Shown piece after piece: positions 18,499-28,396 of a stretch of 51,491 nt of DNA; position 1 is the stretch's first letter; every line of letters starts with the position of its first letter. The notes under the pieces were generated by a model. That model saw only the letters and a program-made list of their open reading frames with translations. It was not told the DNA's origin and searched no databases. Where the stretch lies: contig JAVRLO010000001.1 in the NCBI GenBank assembly GCA_031961395.1, forward strand, positions 1-51,491, given 5' to 3'. A program made the translations under genes and the position numbers. This DNA comes from Thermoplasmatales archaeon I-plasma (GTDB taxonomy: Archaea; Thermoplasmatota; Thermoplasmata; Thermoplasmatales; GCA-001856825).

Positions 18499-20250
18499 TT
18501 ACATTCCCCCAAAGAGGTCTCTCATGAACGGATACATCTCTGTCATCTGTTCCTTACCCATCGCTTCATAGAACTGAATCACAATTCCAACAGTTAGTAA
18601 CACTCCTGTTCCAGAGGCGTTTCCTACTGTCCCAATCAAATCCGCACCAGCAGCAAGTGCTCCTACAGCGGCTCCGCTAAAGATAGTAATCGCTGGGATA
18701 TATTTATCAAGAACTCTTTTGAGTACTCTCGGATCTCTCCTGAATCCAGGTATCTGCATCCCTGAACTCTGAATCTGCCTTGCTACACCTTCTGAATTCA
18801 TGTTTGTAGTTTCTATCCAGAATTTTGCAAATAATACAGATGCACCCACCATAAATGCTACATATGCTAGAACGTGAACACCCATTTCCCACGGCGTATG
18901 ATTAAAAAGTTCTGTTTGATAAACTTGCGGACTCAGCATAGGAAATAGCCAGTTGGCTATACCATTTGGATTTGCAAGATACCAAGCAAGACCTCCTATG
19001 GGCGTAGTCTGCTGTATATTAAGCTGTTGAGCGAGAGATGCTGAAGGATACGCACCCAGAAGATAGTCGTGCCCCAAAATAGGGACTTTAGCCAGTGCAG
19101 GATTTGTCCAGAAAAGAAGTGACCACATTGCTAAATTTGCGAGAACTGCGGCTGCAAGTATGACAGGTATGTTTGATGCATACATTAACTGTATGGGGTA
19201 TCTCCCTCTAGCCCCTCTAGCTCTCTCGTGAGCAAGAGGCAACTCTACTTTCGCAGATTGAACCCATACCACCAGGAAAAATATGAATATTGTACCAGCA
19301 AGAGCTATCAATGGATTTGGCGGAGCGAATATAATTCTCTCTAGCCCCCCGGAATATAAATTCCCTGCATTAAATTGCGATAAAAGATAGAAGGTCTTTG
19401 GTAATGCACCACTCGGAGGATTAGTTATAGATAATGCACCGGATCCTGTAGGAACCCAGTTCAATGTTCCTGTTATTAATGCTTGGGAAACACCTGCAGC
19501 AATGAAAAGTGAAACACCTGACCCTATACCCCATTTTGATACGACCTCATCCATTAAGAAAACGAGATATGAACCCATGAAAAGCTGGAATATTATAAAA
19601 ATTCTAGCTATCATGAGACCATAACCAGGTATCGTTCCATTTATCGCAGATATAAATGAAGGGTCTGGCGGAAGATAACCAAAAACCTGAGGTATAGCTT
19701 CTACGAATATCATTATTATGACGAGCAATTTTTGCACACTCTGATATAACGCTTTATCGTCTGACTTAGTGAGATCTATATTAATAATCTTGGCACCTAC
19801 GAATAACTGCATTATGATACTTGCAGTAACTATAGGCCCTATGCCTAGATCCATTATCGAGCCGGCCTGCCCGGCAAAGATTGACCTGAATGAGGCAAAT
19901 ACATCTATGATCTGAGCTCTGTCCAGTCCATAAATGTATATATTGGATAGGACGAAATATATTATCAATATTAAGGCGGTCCAAAGGAATTTCTCCTTAA
20001 ATCTAACGTGTCTCCCAGGCCTTTTTACTGCAGGGAGCCTTTCAACAAGATTCTTCCATCCGTACAGCCTAGATCCTTCCCCGGTATATGATACCAGGAG
20101 ATAGGTAAGGTAATACAATGGAGCCACTGCTAATGTTACAACACCTGTATAAACCTTATTGTAATCAAAAACTCTGTAGAACAGATATACGTTCAAGAGG
20201 AATATTATCAGAATCGGAATTGCCGAGAGTCTATTCCTCTTTATTTCCAT
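18499..20250 (-). CDS. secY: Preprotein translocase subunit SecY (unusually long, 583 aa)
   Basis: The conserved core begins near residue 68 (LPAVKRPGRHVRFKEKFLWT). It is the final large gene after L15. The roughly 65 aa before the core contain two hydrophobic segments. Confidence 0.9.
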   Translation of the reverse strand: MEIKRNRLSAIPILIIFLLNVYLFYRVFDYNKVYTGVVTLAVAPLYYLTYLLVSYTGEGSRLYGWKNLVERLPAVKRPGRHVRFKEKFLWTALILIIYFVLSNIYIYGLDRAQIIDVFASFRSIFAGQAGSIMDLGIGPIVTASIIMQLFVGAKIINIDLTKSDDKALYQSVQKLLVIIMIFVEAIPQVFGYLPPDPSFISAINGTIPGYGLMIARIFIIFQLFMGSYLVFLMDEVVSKWGIGSGVSLFIAAGVSQALITGTLNWVPTGSGALSITNPPSGALPKTFYLLSQFNAGNLYSGGLERIIFAPPNPLIALAGTIFIFFLVVWVQSAKVELPLAHERARGARGRYPIQLMYASNIPVILAAAVLANLAMWSLLFWTNPALAKVPILGHDYLLGAYPSASLAQQLNIQQTTPIGGLAWYLANPNGIANWLFPMLSPQVYQTELFNHTPWEMGVHVLAYVAFMVGASVLFAKFWIETTNMNSEGVARQIQSSGMQIPGFRRDPRVLKRVLDKYIPAITIFSGAAVGALAAGADLIGTVGNASGTGVLLTVGIVIQFYEAMGKEQMTEMYPFMRDLFGGM

Positions 20251-20677
20251 CGAGTTCTACCTCTCCACCTGCGTCTCTAATTTTTTGAATTGCCCTTTCG
20301 GTAGCTCTAACAACTTTGAGATGAAATGGTCTTCCTACTTGGCCAGCACCTAGAAGTAAATCATATCCGAGCTGTTTGAGGTCAAGGGTGATTTTATCTC
20401 CCTCAACTACTGCAACTCCAGAATTGATTAAATGTTCATAATTTCTATCTATCTCACCCACATTCACTGGCTTTGATTCTTTTTTAAATCCGTGATAAAC
20501 AAAACCATGTGATCCGTAATGGTCCGGCATATATTTGACCATCCATATCCATCTATGTTTGCCCAGACCAGCCATTCCGGAGCCTCCCCTCTTACCTTTC
20601 CCTCTACCTGCTTTCTTTCCACGTCCATATAAGCTACCACGATATTTTTTAGTTTTTTGCTTCACCAATTTTACCAC
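20231..20677 (-). CDS. rpl15: 50S ribosomal protein L15 (uL15)
   Basis: The Gly/Lys-rich N-terminus GRGKKAGRGKGKRGGSGMAGLGKH and operon position. GTG start at 20677; a GTG at 20665 is an alternative. Confidence 0.9.
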   Translation of the reverse strand: MVKLVKQKTKKYRGSLYGRGKKAGRGKGKRGGSGMAGLGKHRWIWMVKYMPDHYGSHGFVYHGFKKESKPVNVGEIDRNYEHLINSGVAVVEGDKITLDLKQLGYDLLLGAGQVGRPFHLKVVRATERAIQKIRDAGGEVELDGNKEE

Positions 20678-21131
20678 CCTCTAACATTTTCTCTATTAGA
20701 CTGTTTATGTCTTTTCCTCTATAACCAAGACTTCCTTTGAATTGATATGTTTTCTTCGTGGATTTGTATCCCTTCCTTGGAGGATTCATCCTGAATACTG
20801 GTTTCATATTCGGTATGTCTCTTATTCTAATTTCTTTATTTAAGATTTTTTCTGCCATTTCATCGAAATCCTTAAAACCCAATTCAGAAAGCACTGATTC
20901 GTTCAGATGCTTTTCTCCAAGTAGTCTTCCCTTCTCCTTGAGTAAGAGTACTAGATGTTCCTTGTCTATTTCCCCCCAGGTAACGTAGTCTTTCGCCTTT
21001 TTTATCTGGCCTATTTCCGTCTCAGGTACTAATACCAGATGATTGACCCTGTTTAGTTTAAGTTCATCCAGAGACCTTTTTATTCCTATTTCAGTATGAT
21101 TGCTACCTCTAATCTTTATTACTGCGTACAC
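20649..21131 (-). CDS. rpl30: 50S ribosomal protein L30 (uL30)
   Basis: 160 aa with a GTG start. The N-terminus YAVIKIRGS and its position between S5 and L15. Confidence 0.9.
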   Translation of the reverse strand: MYAVIKIRGSNHTEIGIKRSLDELKLNRVNHLVLVPETEIGQIKKAKDYVTWGEIDKEHLVLLLKEKGRLLGEKHLNESVLSELGFKDFDEMAEKILNKEIRIRDIPNMKPVFRMNPPRKGYKSTKKTYQFKGSLGYRGKDINSLIEKMLEGGKIGEAKN

Positions 21132-21783
21132 TCATAACACCTCCTTTATATATAGGAGTGCTTAATACCAGCTTATCATTAATTTTAAATTTTGCAGTCT
21201 CCTTTAATGCATTAAAGGTTGCATATGCGAAATTTACAGTACTCTTAGTATGACCTTCCGAAAAGCCCCATGTATCCTGGATACCTGCCATTGCAAGAAC
21301 CTTTTTTGGAATATCACCTATGGCAAGACCTACTCCCTGCGGTGCTGGTTTAAGATCAACTCTAACAGAACCAGATTTACCAACAACCTCAAATGGAACA
21401 GTGTGACTCCTTCCGCAACCACATTCCCATGAGCCACATCCTCTTTTTATTTCTATAATGTTCAATTTCGCATTTTCTATTGCTTTTTCAATTGCATCCC
21501 CTGTCTCTTTCGCTTTTGCATGTCCGATCCCAACGTATCCGTCCCTGTTTCCGACGACTACCGTTGCTGCAAATTTGACCTTTCTGCCAGAATCTGACAT
21601 TTTTTGAACCATCTTGATTTCTATTACTTCATCCTCAATGTTCGGGAGCAGAGTATCAACTATCTGTGCCTCTCTTATAGGAACGTGCATAGCCAATACT
21701 TCTGAAATAGTCTTAATCTGGCCATTTTTTACCATCTGACCTAGTCTTGTCTTGGGTATCCACTCTAAATTCTCATCAGTCAT
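21109..21783 (-). CDS. rps5: 30S ribosomal protein S5 (uS5)
   Basis: 224 aa with [28 protein letters not shown], and operon order. Confidence 0.93.
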   Translation of the reverse strand: MTDENLEWIPKTRLGQMVKNGQIKTISEVLAMHVPIREAQIVDTLLPNIEDEVIEIKMVQKMSDSGRKVKFAATVVVGNRDGYVGIGHAKAKETGDAIEKAIENAKLNIIEIKRGCGSWECGCGRSHTVPFEVVGKSGSVRVDLKPAPQGVGLAIGDIPKKVLAMAGIQDTWGFSEGHTKSTVNFAYATFNALKETAKFKINDKLVLSTPIYKGGVMSVRSNKD

Positions 21784-22277
21784 AGTAACTCCTCCATAGC
21801 CTTTTTAACGGACGCAACAGATCCTTCAGGAACACTTTCGAGATGTTTCCCTAAAATTCTATCATCCGAAGGAAGAAATTCATCATCCACTGGAACCTCA
21901 ATACCTGAATCTATAAGACCCTTTATGCTTGCCATTAATTTAGAACCTTTTACAATACTCTGCCTTCCGAGATCTACGTAAACTCTCTCTATTCCCTTCC
22001 TCTTAGCCCTAAGACCAGCCAGATAACCTGAGAGATATGCTGCAGGAGTATTACCGCTTGGACCCTTCCATCCGAATTTCTTCAATTCAACTGTACATCC
22101 ATGTGCAAGAACCCTGTCTCCTGATGGCCTATATTCAACTACATCCACTCTCATATTTTTAAGGGACTTTCTAATAACTGCCCTTGGAACGCCTGTTTTT
22201 ATTAGTGCCAGTCTATTCTTATAATCAGTAATGTTCAATCTTCTCCTCTTTAAAGGCATTATGTATCTTGAATGCAT
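21780..22277 (-). CDS. rpl18: 50S ribosomal protein L18 (uL18)
   Basis: 165 aa with [13 protein letters not shown], between L19e and S5. Confidence 0.9.
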   Translation of the reverse strand: MHSRYIMPLKRRRLNITDYKNRLALIKTGVPRAVIRKSLKNMRVDVVEYRPSGDRVLAHGCTVELKKFGWKGPSGNTPAAYLSGYLAGLRAKRKGIERVYVDLGRQSIVKGSKLMASIKGLIDSGIEVPVDDEFLPSDDRILGKHLESVPEGSVASVKKAMEELL

Positions 22278-22733
22278 TTAATCACCTTTTAATAATCCAT
22301 TATCCTTAAGATGCGAAATCAGTGCAGCCTTATTATGAAAAACGCCACCTTTTATTTGCATATACATCTTCCTGTAATCTTTTTTAGAGAGTTTACCTGC
22401 ATCCCTCATCTCCCTGAGAGCTTTCCTCATAGATCTAACATTCCTAATCCATCTATCCTTACTAGGCTCTCTTGCATTTCTTGTTCCTTTCCTGGAACCC
22501 TGACCCTTTCTTCTTCCTTTATCTCTCTGTTTCTTTGCTGCCCTAAATCTGCTTCTGGAATTAGATTTTGCAGTCTTCTTCTGAATTACATTTCTCTTTA
22601 TGAGCTTCCTCACATCCTCTCTTGTGACTGCTTCAGATATATCCTCAGTACTCTTTGGATCCATCCAGACCCTGCTGTAACCCACTTTAAGTATGTCCGA
22701 AGCCATTCTCTTCTGTGGACTTAAAGTTACCAT
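22278..22733 (-). CDS. rpl19e: 50S ribosomal protein L19e (eL19)
   Basis: 151 aa. QKRMASDILKVGYSRVWMDP is the typical L19e N-terminus. Confidence 0.93.
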   Translation of the reverse strand: MVTLSPQKRMASDILKVGYSRVWMDPKSTEDISEAVTREDVRKLIKRNVIQKKTAKSNSRSRFRAAKKQRDKGRRKGQGSRKGTRNAREPSKDRWIRNVRSMRKALREMRDAGKLSKKDYRKMYMQIKGGVFHNKAALISHLKDNGLLKGD

Positions 22734-23137
22734 TATTTCACCTCATTCAAAATTTTAATGCCTATGCTATGAGCTTTATCTTGTATCATTTTTCTCTTCT
22801 TCATTCCTACTTTCGATGAAATTCTTATAGCTTCTGTGGCCGGATTTACATTTTCAATTTCTTTCAGGTTCGTAATATAAACCTCCTTGAATCCTGAGGG
22901 ATGGAGATATCTTACAGCGCTTGGGCCTCTATACCCAACTTCCACATTAGGTGGCCTATAACCTCTGTGCTCTCTTAATTTTGAATGTTTTCCCCTAGGT
23001 TTCCTCCACGCATCTCCTAACCTCTTATATCTGAACCATTCCTGCCTATGGAATTCAGGTCTTCTCCTGTTCAACTCCTTTCTAATTTCAAGAAGCCTCC
23101 TGGATCTTGAACTAAGATTAGCTTTCAATGATATCAC
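22733..23137 (-). CDS. rpl32e: 50S ribosomal protein L32e (eL32)
   Basis: 134 aa with PEFHRQEWFRYKRLGDAWRKPRGKHSK. Confidence 0.93.
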   Translation of the reverse strand: MISLKANLSSRSRRLLEIRKELNRRRPEFHRQEWFRYKRLGDAWRKPRGKHSKLREHRGYRPPNVEVGYRGPSAVRYLHPSGFKEVYITNLKEIENVNPATEAIRISSKVGMKKRKMIQDKAHSIGIKILNEVK

Positions 23138-23660
23138 CTTTCCTCACTATGTATATACCATCCTGAAACACTCTTGGATCAAATCCCTTGATCCTGCTTA
23201 ATTTTTCGATTCTAGCAGCTGCATTTCCTAAGGTGGCAAGATCATTTCCCTCAAGAGTTACCAGGTCTCCTTTAACTGTCACCTTAACATCACTGTTCAG
23301 TAATAGTTTCCTCGGGCTCTTTTCTCCAAGGAAGTTGTCTAATATTATTTCATTTCCTTTAACAGTAACCTTTACAGGAAAATGCGCGTACACTATTTTC
23401 ATTGTATACACGTATCCCTTAGTGACACCTATGAACATGCTGTTAATTATGCTCTTCCAGGTTCCGACTACAGCTATATCACTTTTCTTTTCTCTTGTAG
23501 TATAGATTCTTATCTTCCCCTCAACTAGTTCTATCCTAGTATATTCATAAATGAACTTCTTTGATACTGAGCCTCTTGGCCCTTTTAGCGAAAGCTCGCC
23601 TTCATTTAATGAAACGCTTATCCCCTTTGGTATTTCTATTATTTCTTCCATTTCATTCAC
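23118..23660 (-). CDS. rpl6: 50S ribosomal protein L6 (uL6)
   Basis: 180 aa with IEIPKGISVSLNEGELSLKGPRG and operon position. Confidence 0.92.
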   Translation of the reverse strand: MNEMEEIIEIPKGISVSLNEGELSLKGPRGSVSKKFIYEYTRIELVEGKIRIYTTREKKSDIAVVGTWKSIINSMFIGVTKGYVYTMKIVYAHFPVKVTVKGNEIILDNFLGEKSPRKLLLNSDVKVTVKGDLVTLEGNDLATLGNAAARIEKLSRIKGFDPRVFQDGIYIVRKGDIIES

Positions 23661-23661
23661 C

Positions 23662-24045
23662 TCAATATATGAAGGCTAGAGCCCTCCCTCCTACACCTTT
23701 CTTCTTGGCCTCTGAGTTGCTCATAACTCCATTCGTAGTAGATATTACTATAAGACCTATATCCTGTCCTGGCAGATATCTGGATTCCCATCTCTCCATT
23801 TCATCCCTCTTTATAGAAAATCTAGGTTTTATTACGCCGCAGTTGTTTATGGTTTTAGCTACCTTCACTTTGAATAGACCGCCCCTGCCGTTTTCTAAAT
23901 ATTCAAACTCATCGATATAACCGTATTTCTGAAATACCTTGAGAACCCTTCCTACCAAGTTTGATGCTTTGACTTCTACCTCATCCCTTCCTAGCCGGGA
24001 AGCATTTCTGATCGTGATTAATGCCTCATTTAAAGTATCTCCCAC
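23662..24045 (-). CDS. rps8: 30S ribosomal protein S8 (uS8)
   Basis: The GTG at 24045 follows GAGGTGA plus a 5-nt spacer and gives about 127 aa starting GDTLNEALITIRNA. The longer track ORF (to 24126) overlaps the hidden S14 gene. Confidence 0.9.
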   Translation of the reverse strand: MGDTLNEALITIRNASRLGRDEVEVKASNLVGRVLKVFQKYGYIDEFEYLENGRGGLFKVKVAKTINNCGVIKPRFSIKRDEMERWESRYLPGQDIGLIVISTTNGVMSNSEAKKKGVGGRALAFIY

Positions 24046-24055
24046 TTTTTTCACC

Positions 24056-24217
24056 TCAGGAAAACTTCTTGAATCCCAGTTCAGGCGCAATCTCTCTAAA
24101 ACACTGCCTGCAAAGCCTGAGTCCATACCTTCTAATTAATCCTCTTTTTCTCCCGCACCTTTCGCAACCATGATTTCTACCATAATCTTTCTTCGGCCTT
24201 AATTTCGGCTGTGCCAT
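24056..24217 (-). CDS. rps14: 30S ribosomal protein S14 type Z (uS14), not in the ORF track
   Basis: Hand translation gives [53 protein letters not shown] (53 aa). It has a CxxC...CxxC zinc motif and sits exactly between L5 and S8, as in all archaea. Confidence 0.9.
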   Translation of the reverse strand: MAQPKLRPKKDYGRNHGCERCGRKRGLIRRYGLRLCRQCFREIAPELGFKKFS

Positions 24218-24736
24218 TTAATCGCCTCCTATAATCTCTAAATTATAGTTTTTCTTCATATATTCCATCATCTCTTCCCTCCTGATCTTAATGTGCTCTG
24301 GTAGCTTCCTTGGCCTGATTCTTCTTTTGGAAATCCTGAAGCCCCCTCTCCTTTTAAAGGTGACCACAATATCCATTCCGAATATACCTATTTCAGGATC
24401 ATATTTCATTCCTTTAAAATCTGTATAATCGGATATTCCAAAACTAAAAGTGCCTTGATTTGAAAATGAATAACTAAACGCTTTATAGTTTTTAACCCAT
24501 AATGCAGCGTCAAGCAGTTTCTTAATATCTTCCTTTCTTACTGTTACTTTTACACCTATTGGTTGATCCTTTCTAATCCCAAATTCTCTGTTTGTTCTCT
24601 TTACCTTTGTAATGGTTGGCTCCTTGCCGGTAATGAGTGTAATTACCTTCTTTGCTTTCTCCAGTTTTTCTCCTGCTTCTCCTACTCCTATGTTCACGGT
24701 AACCTTATCAATTACAACTTCTTCCATTGGATTCAT
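24218..24736 (-). CDS. rpl5: 50S ribosomal protein L5 (uL5)
   Basis: 172 aa with VVIDKVTVNIGVGEAG and operon order. Confidence 0.93.
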   Translation of the reverse strand: MNPMEEVVIDKVTVNIGVGEAGEKLEKAKKVITLITGKEPTITKVKRTNREFGIRKDQPIGVKVTVRKEDIKKLLDAALWVKNYKAFSYSFSNQGTFSFGISDYTDFKGMKYDPEIGIFGMDIVVTFKRRGGFRISKRRIRPRKLPEHIKIRREEMMEYMKKNYNLEIIGGD

Positions 24737-25441
24737 TTACACCACTCCTGGTAATTTGATATCAGAAGATGACTTCCCAAGAACGAAGATGTTAGAGATT
24801 GTAGAAGTGAAGTTATCCTTGCTTTCAACTGTATTTTCCTGGTAGCTTTTTGATACATTTACATCTTTTATTTGAGTTATTGTTCCTATATGTGCTCCTC
24901 CTGTAACATATACCACCGTATCTTTCACCAATGGATATACATCAAGTATTTTTTGATCTGGAAGCGATATTTTAATGGTATCTCCCCTTTTAATTGATGC
25001 CTGATCAGTAAGTATAACCCTTCCGTCGTGGGTTGTCAGCTGAGTCTTTCCGCCTTTAGCAATGAATTTACCAACTACCTTGACTAACTTCCAGTGTGTT
25101 TCCTCTGGTTTTAGGTCACTCATGAATAGAGTACCAGATTTATCCAGGAGAACTCTTTTGAATATTTGGGCCTCATCTATCGAAATTGTATCCATAAATC
25201 CAACAGGTCTTTTGTAATCCTTTACTATTTTTTCGTCTACTTTAACCAATCCTCTTGTTATTATATTCCTGGCCTCTTTGGAAGTATCAGCCAAATGGAG
25301 AACATCCCTTATTATAACCATTAAAGGTATACTGCTGTCAACTGAATGCGGTCCAGAGGATGACTTTACGGACCAGGTGAAACTCTTTCTTGACTGTTTC
25401 CAAGTTGTTGGTGACGCTAATCTCTTGATGTGCTTACTCAT
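24737..25441 (-). CDS. rps4e: 30S ribosomal protein S4e (eS4)
   Basis: MSKHIKRLASPTTW is the typical S4e N-terminus. The ATG at 25441 overlaps the L24 stop. Upstream ATGs at 25450 and 25459 are alternatives. Confidence 0.9.
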   Translation of the reverse strand: MSKHIKRLASPTTWKQSRKSFTWSVKSSSGPHSVDSSIPLMVIIRDVLHLADTSKEARNIITRGLVKVDEKIVKDYKRPVGFMDTISIDEAQIFKRVLLDKSGTLFMSDLKPEETHWKLVKVVGKFIAKGGKTQLTTHDGRVILTDQASIKRGDTIKISLPDQKILDVYPLVKDTVVYVTGGAHIGTITQIKDVNVSKSYQENTVESKDNFTSTISNIFVLGKSSSDIKLPGVV

Positions 25442-25871
25442 CTTCTTCATCCTCCTCATTTTCTAGTTCTTTGCTGCCTTCCTGCCCAGGAGCTTCCTTA
25501 GAACTATCTGTTTTATTTTCTTCCTCAATTTCTTCCTCAACCTTTTTATTTCTCTTCGCTGCAAGCTCTACTAATTTTTGCTTTCTCTTTGCATCTTCAA
25601 GGGCTATTTTAACTATCGTGAGTGAAGAAGGGTCAAGTTTTCTTGGTTTCATCTTGCCGTCCGCTTTAGCAATGTTTATGTTTTCTACAATCACCTTTCT
25701 TTCTCTTTTAAGAACCTTTATAACTTTTGCCTCTTTCCCAACGATATTGAGTTTCTCATCTTTATCGGAATCGCCTTTTACTACCCTGACTATATCTCCC
25801 TTTCTAACTCCAAATCTTTTGATCCCATACTTTTCGATTAGATCTTTAGATAAATGTAAATTAAATCCCAT
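25434..25871 (-). CDS. rpl24: 50S ribosomal protein L24 (uL24) with an acidic C-terminal tail
   Basis: The KOW region VRKGDIVRVVKGD, then a tail of about 35 aa rich in Glu/Asp (EEEIEEE...ENEEDEEDE). Confidence 0.9.
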   Translation of the reverse strand: MGFNLHLSKDLIEKYGIKRFGVRKGDIVRVVKGDSDKDEKLNIVGKEAKVIKVLKRERKVIVENINIAKADGKMKPRKLDPSSLTIVKIALEDAKRKQKLVELAAKRNKKVEEEIEEENKTDSSKEAPGQEGSKELENEEDEEDE

Positions 25872-25880
25872 TTAAACACC

Positions 25881-26279
25881 TCATACAATAGAACTCGCTA
25901 ATGCCGCTACTCTTGGCCATCTTTCCGCAGCTTCCTTTGCTACAGGACCTTTGATTTCAGTGCCTCTTGTTTCTCCATTATCCTGGACCAAAACAGCTGC
26001 ATTGTCCTCAAATTCTACCATCAATCCATCCTGTCTTCTGAATGTCTTCTTTTGACGTATCACTATCGCGTAAACAACTTTCCTTCTCATCTCAGGGGTA
26101 CCTTTCTTTACCGATGCCATGATCATGTCTCCAACTGAGGCCGCCGGAACTCTCCTTTTAGTGTTGTGATATGCTTTAACATTTATCAGCGCTATTATCT
26201 TAGCTCCCGTATTATCAGCACACTCTAATTTTGCACCAAGCGGAAGCCCTCTAATCTGGTTACCTGCTAAACCCTTCAT
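25881..26279 (-). CDS. rpl14: 50S ribosomal protein L14 (uL14)
   Basis: 132 aa with [10 protein letters not shown] and operon order. Confidence 0.95.
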   Translation of the reverse strand: MKGLAGNQIRGLPLGAKLECADNTGAKIIALINVKAYHNTKRRVPAASVGDMIMASVKKGTPEMRRKVVYAIVIRQKKTFRRQDGLMVEFEDNAAVLVQDNGETRGTEIKGPVAKEAAERWPRVAALASSIV

Positions 26280-26602
26280 CTTCTCTCCTCCTTTTCAACC
26301 ACTACGAAAGAAACTGATTTTGCCAACGGTCTTGAATATGCTATCTTAACTGAGTCGCCAATTTCTACATGTATGCATCCCGGTAGATGAGCGTGATATT
26401 TTTTCTTCCTCTTTTCATAACGTTCATACTTTCTATTCTTCCTGAAGTATTCCCTCAGCACTGTAACAGTACCTTTCATGGATATAGACGTTACTTTCCC
26501 CTCTATAACCGGTGACTTTACAGTTATATCTCCATGAAATGGACACTTGGAGTCCTTGCATTCCTCAGACGGTTCCTTAACATCAATTCCTATATTTCTC
26601 AT
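26276..26602 (-). CDS. rps17: 30S ribosomal protein S17 (uS17)
   Basis: 108 aa with [18 protein letters not shown] and operon order. Confidence 0.92.
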   Translation of the reverse strand: MRNIGIDVKEPSEECKDSKCPFHGDITVKSPVIEGKVTSISMKGTVTVLREYFRKNRKYERYEKRKKKYHAHLPGCIHVEIGDSVKIAYSRPLAKSVSFVVVEKEERR

Positions 26603-26853
26603 ATTTTACCTCTCCTTCTAATTTTCTTAATTTTTTCTTCTGGTCTAAATAATATATCATCCATTTTTACAAGTTTGCCATTTATTTTAATTACTGTATA
26701 TCTTTTCTGGATTATTCTATTAACATTATTTCTAAGCGTTATTGTATTCTTGGTTTCATTTACAACTATGCCTTTGATTCCAACATTCCTCTTATCAGAG
26801 GCATCTTCTATCTCAATGTTTTCTCCTATGATATCAGTAAAATAAGGATTCAT
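26599..26853 (-). CDS. rnp1: RNase P protein component 1 (Rpp29/Pop4)
   Basis: 84 aa with GIKGIVVNETKNTITL, in the conserved archaeal position between SUI1/L29 and S17. Confidence 0.8.
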   Translation of the reverse strand: MNPYFTDIIGENIEIEDASDKRNVGIKGIVVNETKNTITLRNNVNRIIQKRYTVIKINGKLVKMDDILFRPEEKIKKIRRRGKI

Positions 26854-27140
26854 TGCGACACCTCCACCTTAAATCCCATGTCTTCCAAAACCTTCTTGGC
26901 TCTCTCCCTTTGATCCCCCTGTAACTCAATTTTGTCGTCCTTAACTGTTCCTCCAGTAGCAGTTTTTTTCTTTAAAGTTTTAGCAAGCTCTTTTATGTCT
27001 TCAGCCTTGGTATCAAATCCAGAAATTATGGTCACGAATTTACCATACCTTCTTTTATCTATATCAATGGTAATTACCTGACTTTCCCTTGCAATTTCAT
27101 CCAGTGGAGTTAGCTCCTTGATAAATTTATCGTCCCTCAT
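26850..27140 (-). CDS. Translation initiation factor SUI1 (aSUI1/eIF1 homologue)
   Basis: 96 aa with RRYGKFVTIISGF and a TGGTVKD...IELQGDQR pattern. Confidence 0.88.
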   Translation of the reverse strand: MRDDKFIKELTPLDEIARESQVITIDIDKRRYGKFVTIISGFDTKAEDIKELAKTLKKKTATGGTVKDDKIELQGDQRERAKKVLEDMGFKVEVSQ

Positions 27141-27343
27141 TTTCCAGACTCCTTCATTACAGTCTCTATTCTCGCTATTTGCCTCCTTAGAGACTCTATT
27201 TTACCAGGGCTCGGAGGGGCACCTCCCATGGCGGATATACCTCTCTCCCTCATCAGTTCTTCTCGGAGTTCCATGTATTTTTTTTCAATCTCTTCCTTAC
27301 TCATTTTTCTGATCACTGAGGCTTTCATTTCCTCCATGCTCAT
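27137..27343 (-). CDS. rpl29: 50S ribosomal protein L29 (uL29)
   Basis: 68 aa, helical and basic/acidic, between S3 and SUI1. Confidence 0.88.
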   Translation of the reverse strand: MSMEEMKASVIRKMSKEEIEKKYMELREELMRERGISAMGGAPPSPGKIESLRRQIARIETVMKESGK

Positions 27344-27947
27344 TCACCTCCCCTAGCGATATATCTCTAACAACTACATCATCTGGCAATTTAATGTCAT
27401 TTCTAAGTATTTTAACGGAAACTCCTATTATGCCCGGTTTTGTCATTGCAACAGCATAACCTTTATCAATCATTTCAGAAGGATAGCCAGATGAAATTAC
27501 CTTACCGGAAGTATACTTAACACTTCTTGCTCTTTCTCCAGTAAGTTTACCACCCATTCTTACCTGCCCACCTCTTGCTCCCGAGTCCATTATTCTCTTG
27601 AGTATGCTGTGCCCTGCACGTCTGAAATGCCACCCCTTTTCTATGGATCTCGCGAGTTTTTCTGCCATTATCTGAGCGTTCAGACCAGGATCACGGGCCC
27701 CTTCCACCTTGATCAAGGGACTGGTAAGATTGAACTTCTTTTCCAAAGTTTCTTCCATGTTCCTGATCTTAGATCCTCTTCTTCCTATCACAAGACCAGG
27801 ACGCTCAACTTTTAGAATTACTATTGTGTTCTGCGGGGTTCGCTGGATTTCAACTCCTCCAAATCCAGCATCCCCTATCTCGTGGATAAGATATTCTTTG
27901 ATAAGCTGTCTTCTAATATTTTCCTTTAAGAATTTAAGTTCTTTCAT
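27297..27947 (-). CDS. rps3: 30S ribosomal protein S3 (uS3)
   Basis: 216 aa with the KH motif VERPGLVIGRRGSKI. Confidence 0.95.
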   Translation of the reverse strand: MKELKFLKENIRRQLIKEYLIHEIGDAGFGGVEIQRTPQNTIVILKVERPGLVIGRRGSKIRNMEETLEKKFNLTSPLIKVEGARDPGLNAQIMAEKLARSIEKGWHFRRAGHSILKRIMDSGARGGQVRMGGKLTGERARSVKYTSGKVISSGYPSEMIDKGYAVAMTKPGIIGVSVKILRNDIKLPDDVVVRDISLGEVNEHGGNESLSDQKNE

Positions 27948-28387
27948 TCCATCTCCTCCAAAATAATCTGGATGTGAACTCTCTCTCTATAAAATTTACC
28001 ACTCGAACCAAATGCCTTGTAAGTATAATATTTGATAGGAGGTGCTAACTGTGCTACCGCATTTTTGATTATTAATTTGTCTGCGTCCAGCTGCTTGAAA
28101 TCTGCATTATTTTCAGCGTTTCCGATAGTTTCAAGAACATACTTTGCTGCCTTTACCGGATATCTTCCGGGACCTGTTCCTCTCCTATGAGATACTGAAT
28201 CCTTGAATTTCCTGTAAGGTATAGCCCTTTTTTTCTCTATGACATCACTTAAATAATTTTTAGCATCAACAAGTTTCATACCTTTGATTGTTCTAACTAC
28301 TTCCAAAGCATCTCTGGGAGATATAGGTGTATTTATAGACATTGCCCTTGCAGTTTTTTTCTTATCTGTTTCAACTACATATTTCAT
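27944..28387 (-). CDS. rpl22: 50S ribosomal protein L22 (uL22)
   Basis: 147 aa, positioned between S19 and S3, with ISPRDALEVVRTIKGM. Confidence 0.92.
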   Translation of the reverse strand: MKYVVETDKKKTARAMSINTPISPRDALEVVRTIKGMKLVDAKNYLSDVIEKKRAIPYRKFKDSVSHRRGTGPGRYPVKAAKYVLETIGNAENNADFKQLDADKLIIKNAVAQLAPPIKYYTYKAFGSSGKFYRERVHIQIILEEME

Positions 28388-28396
28388 ATATTCACC

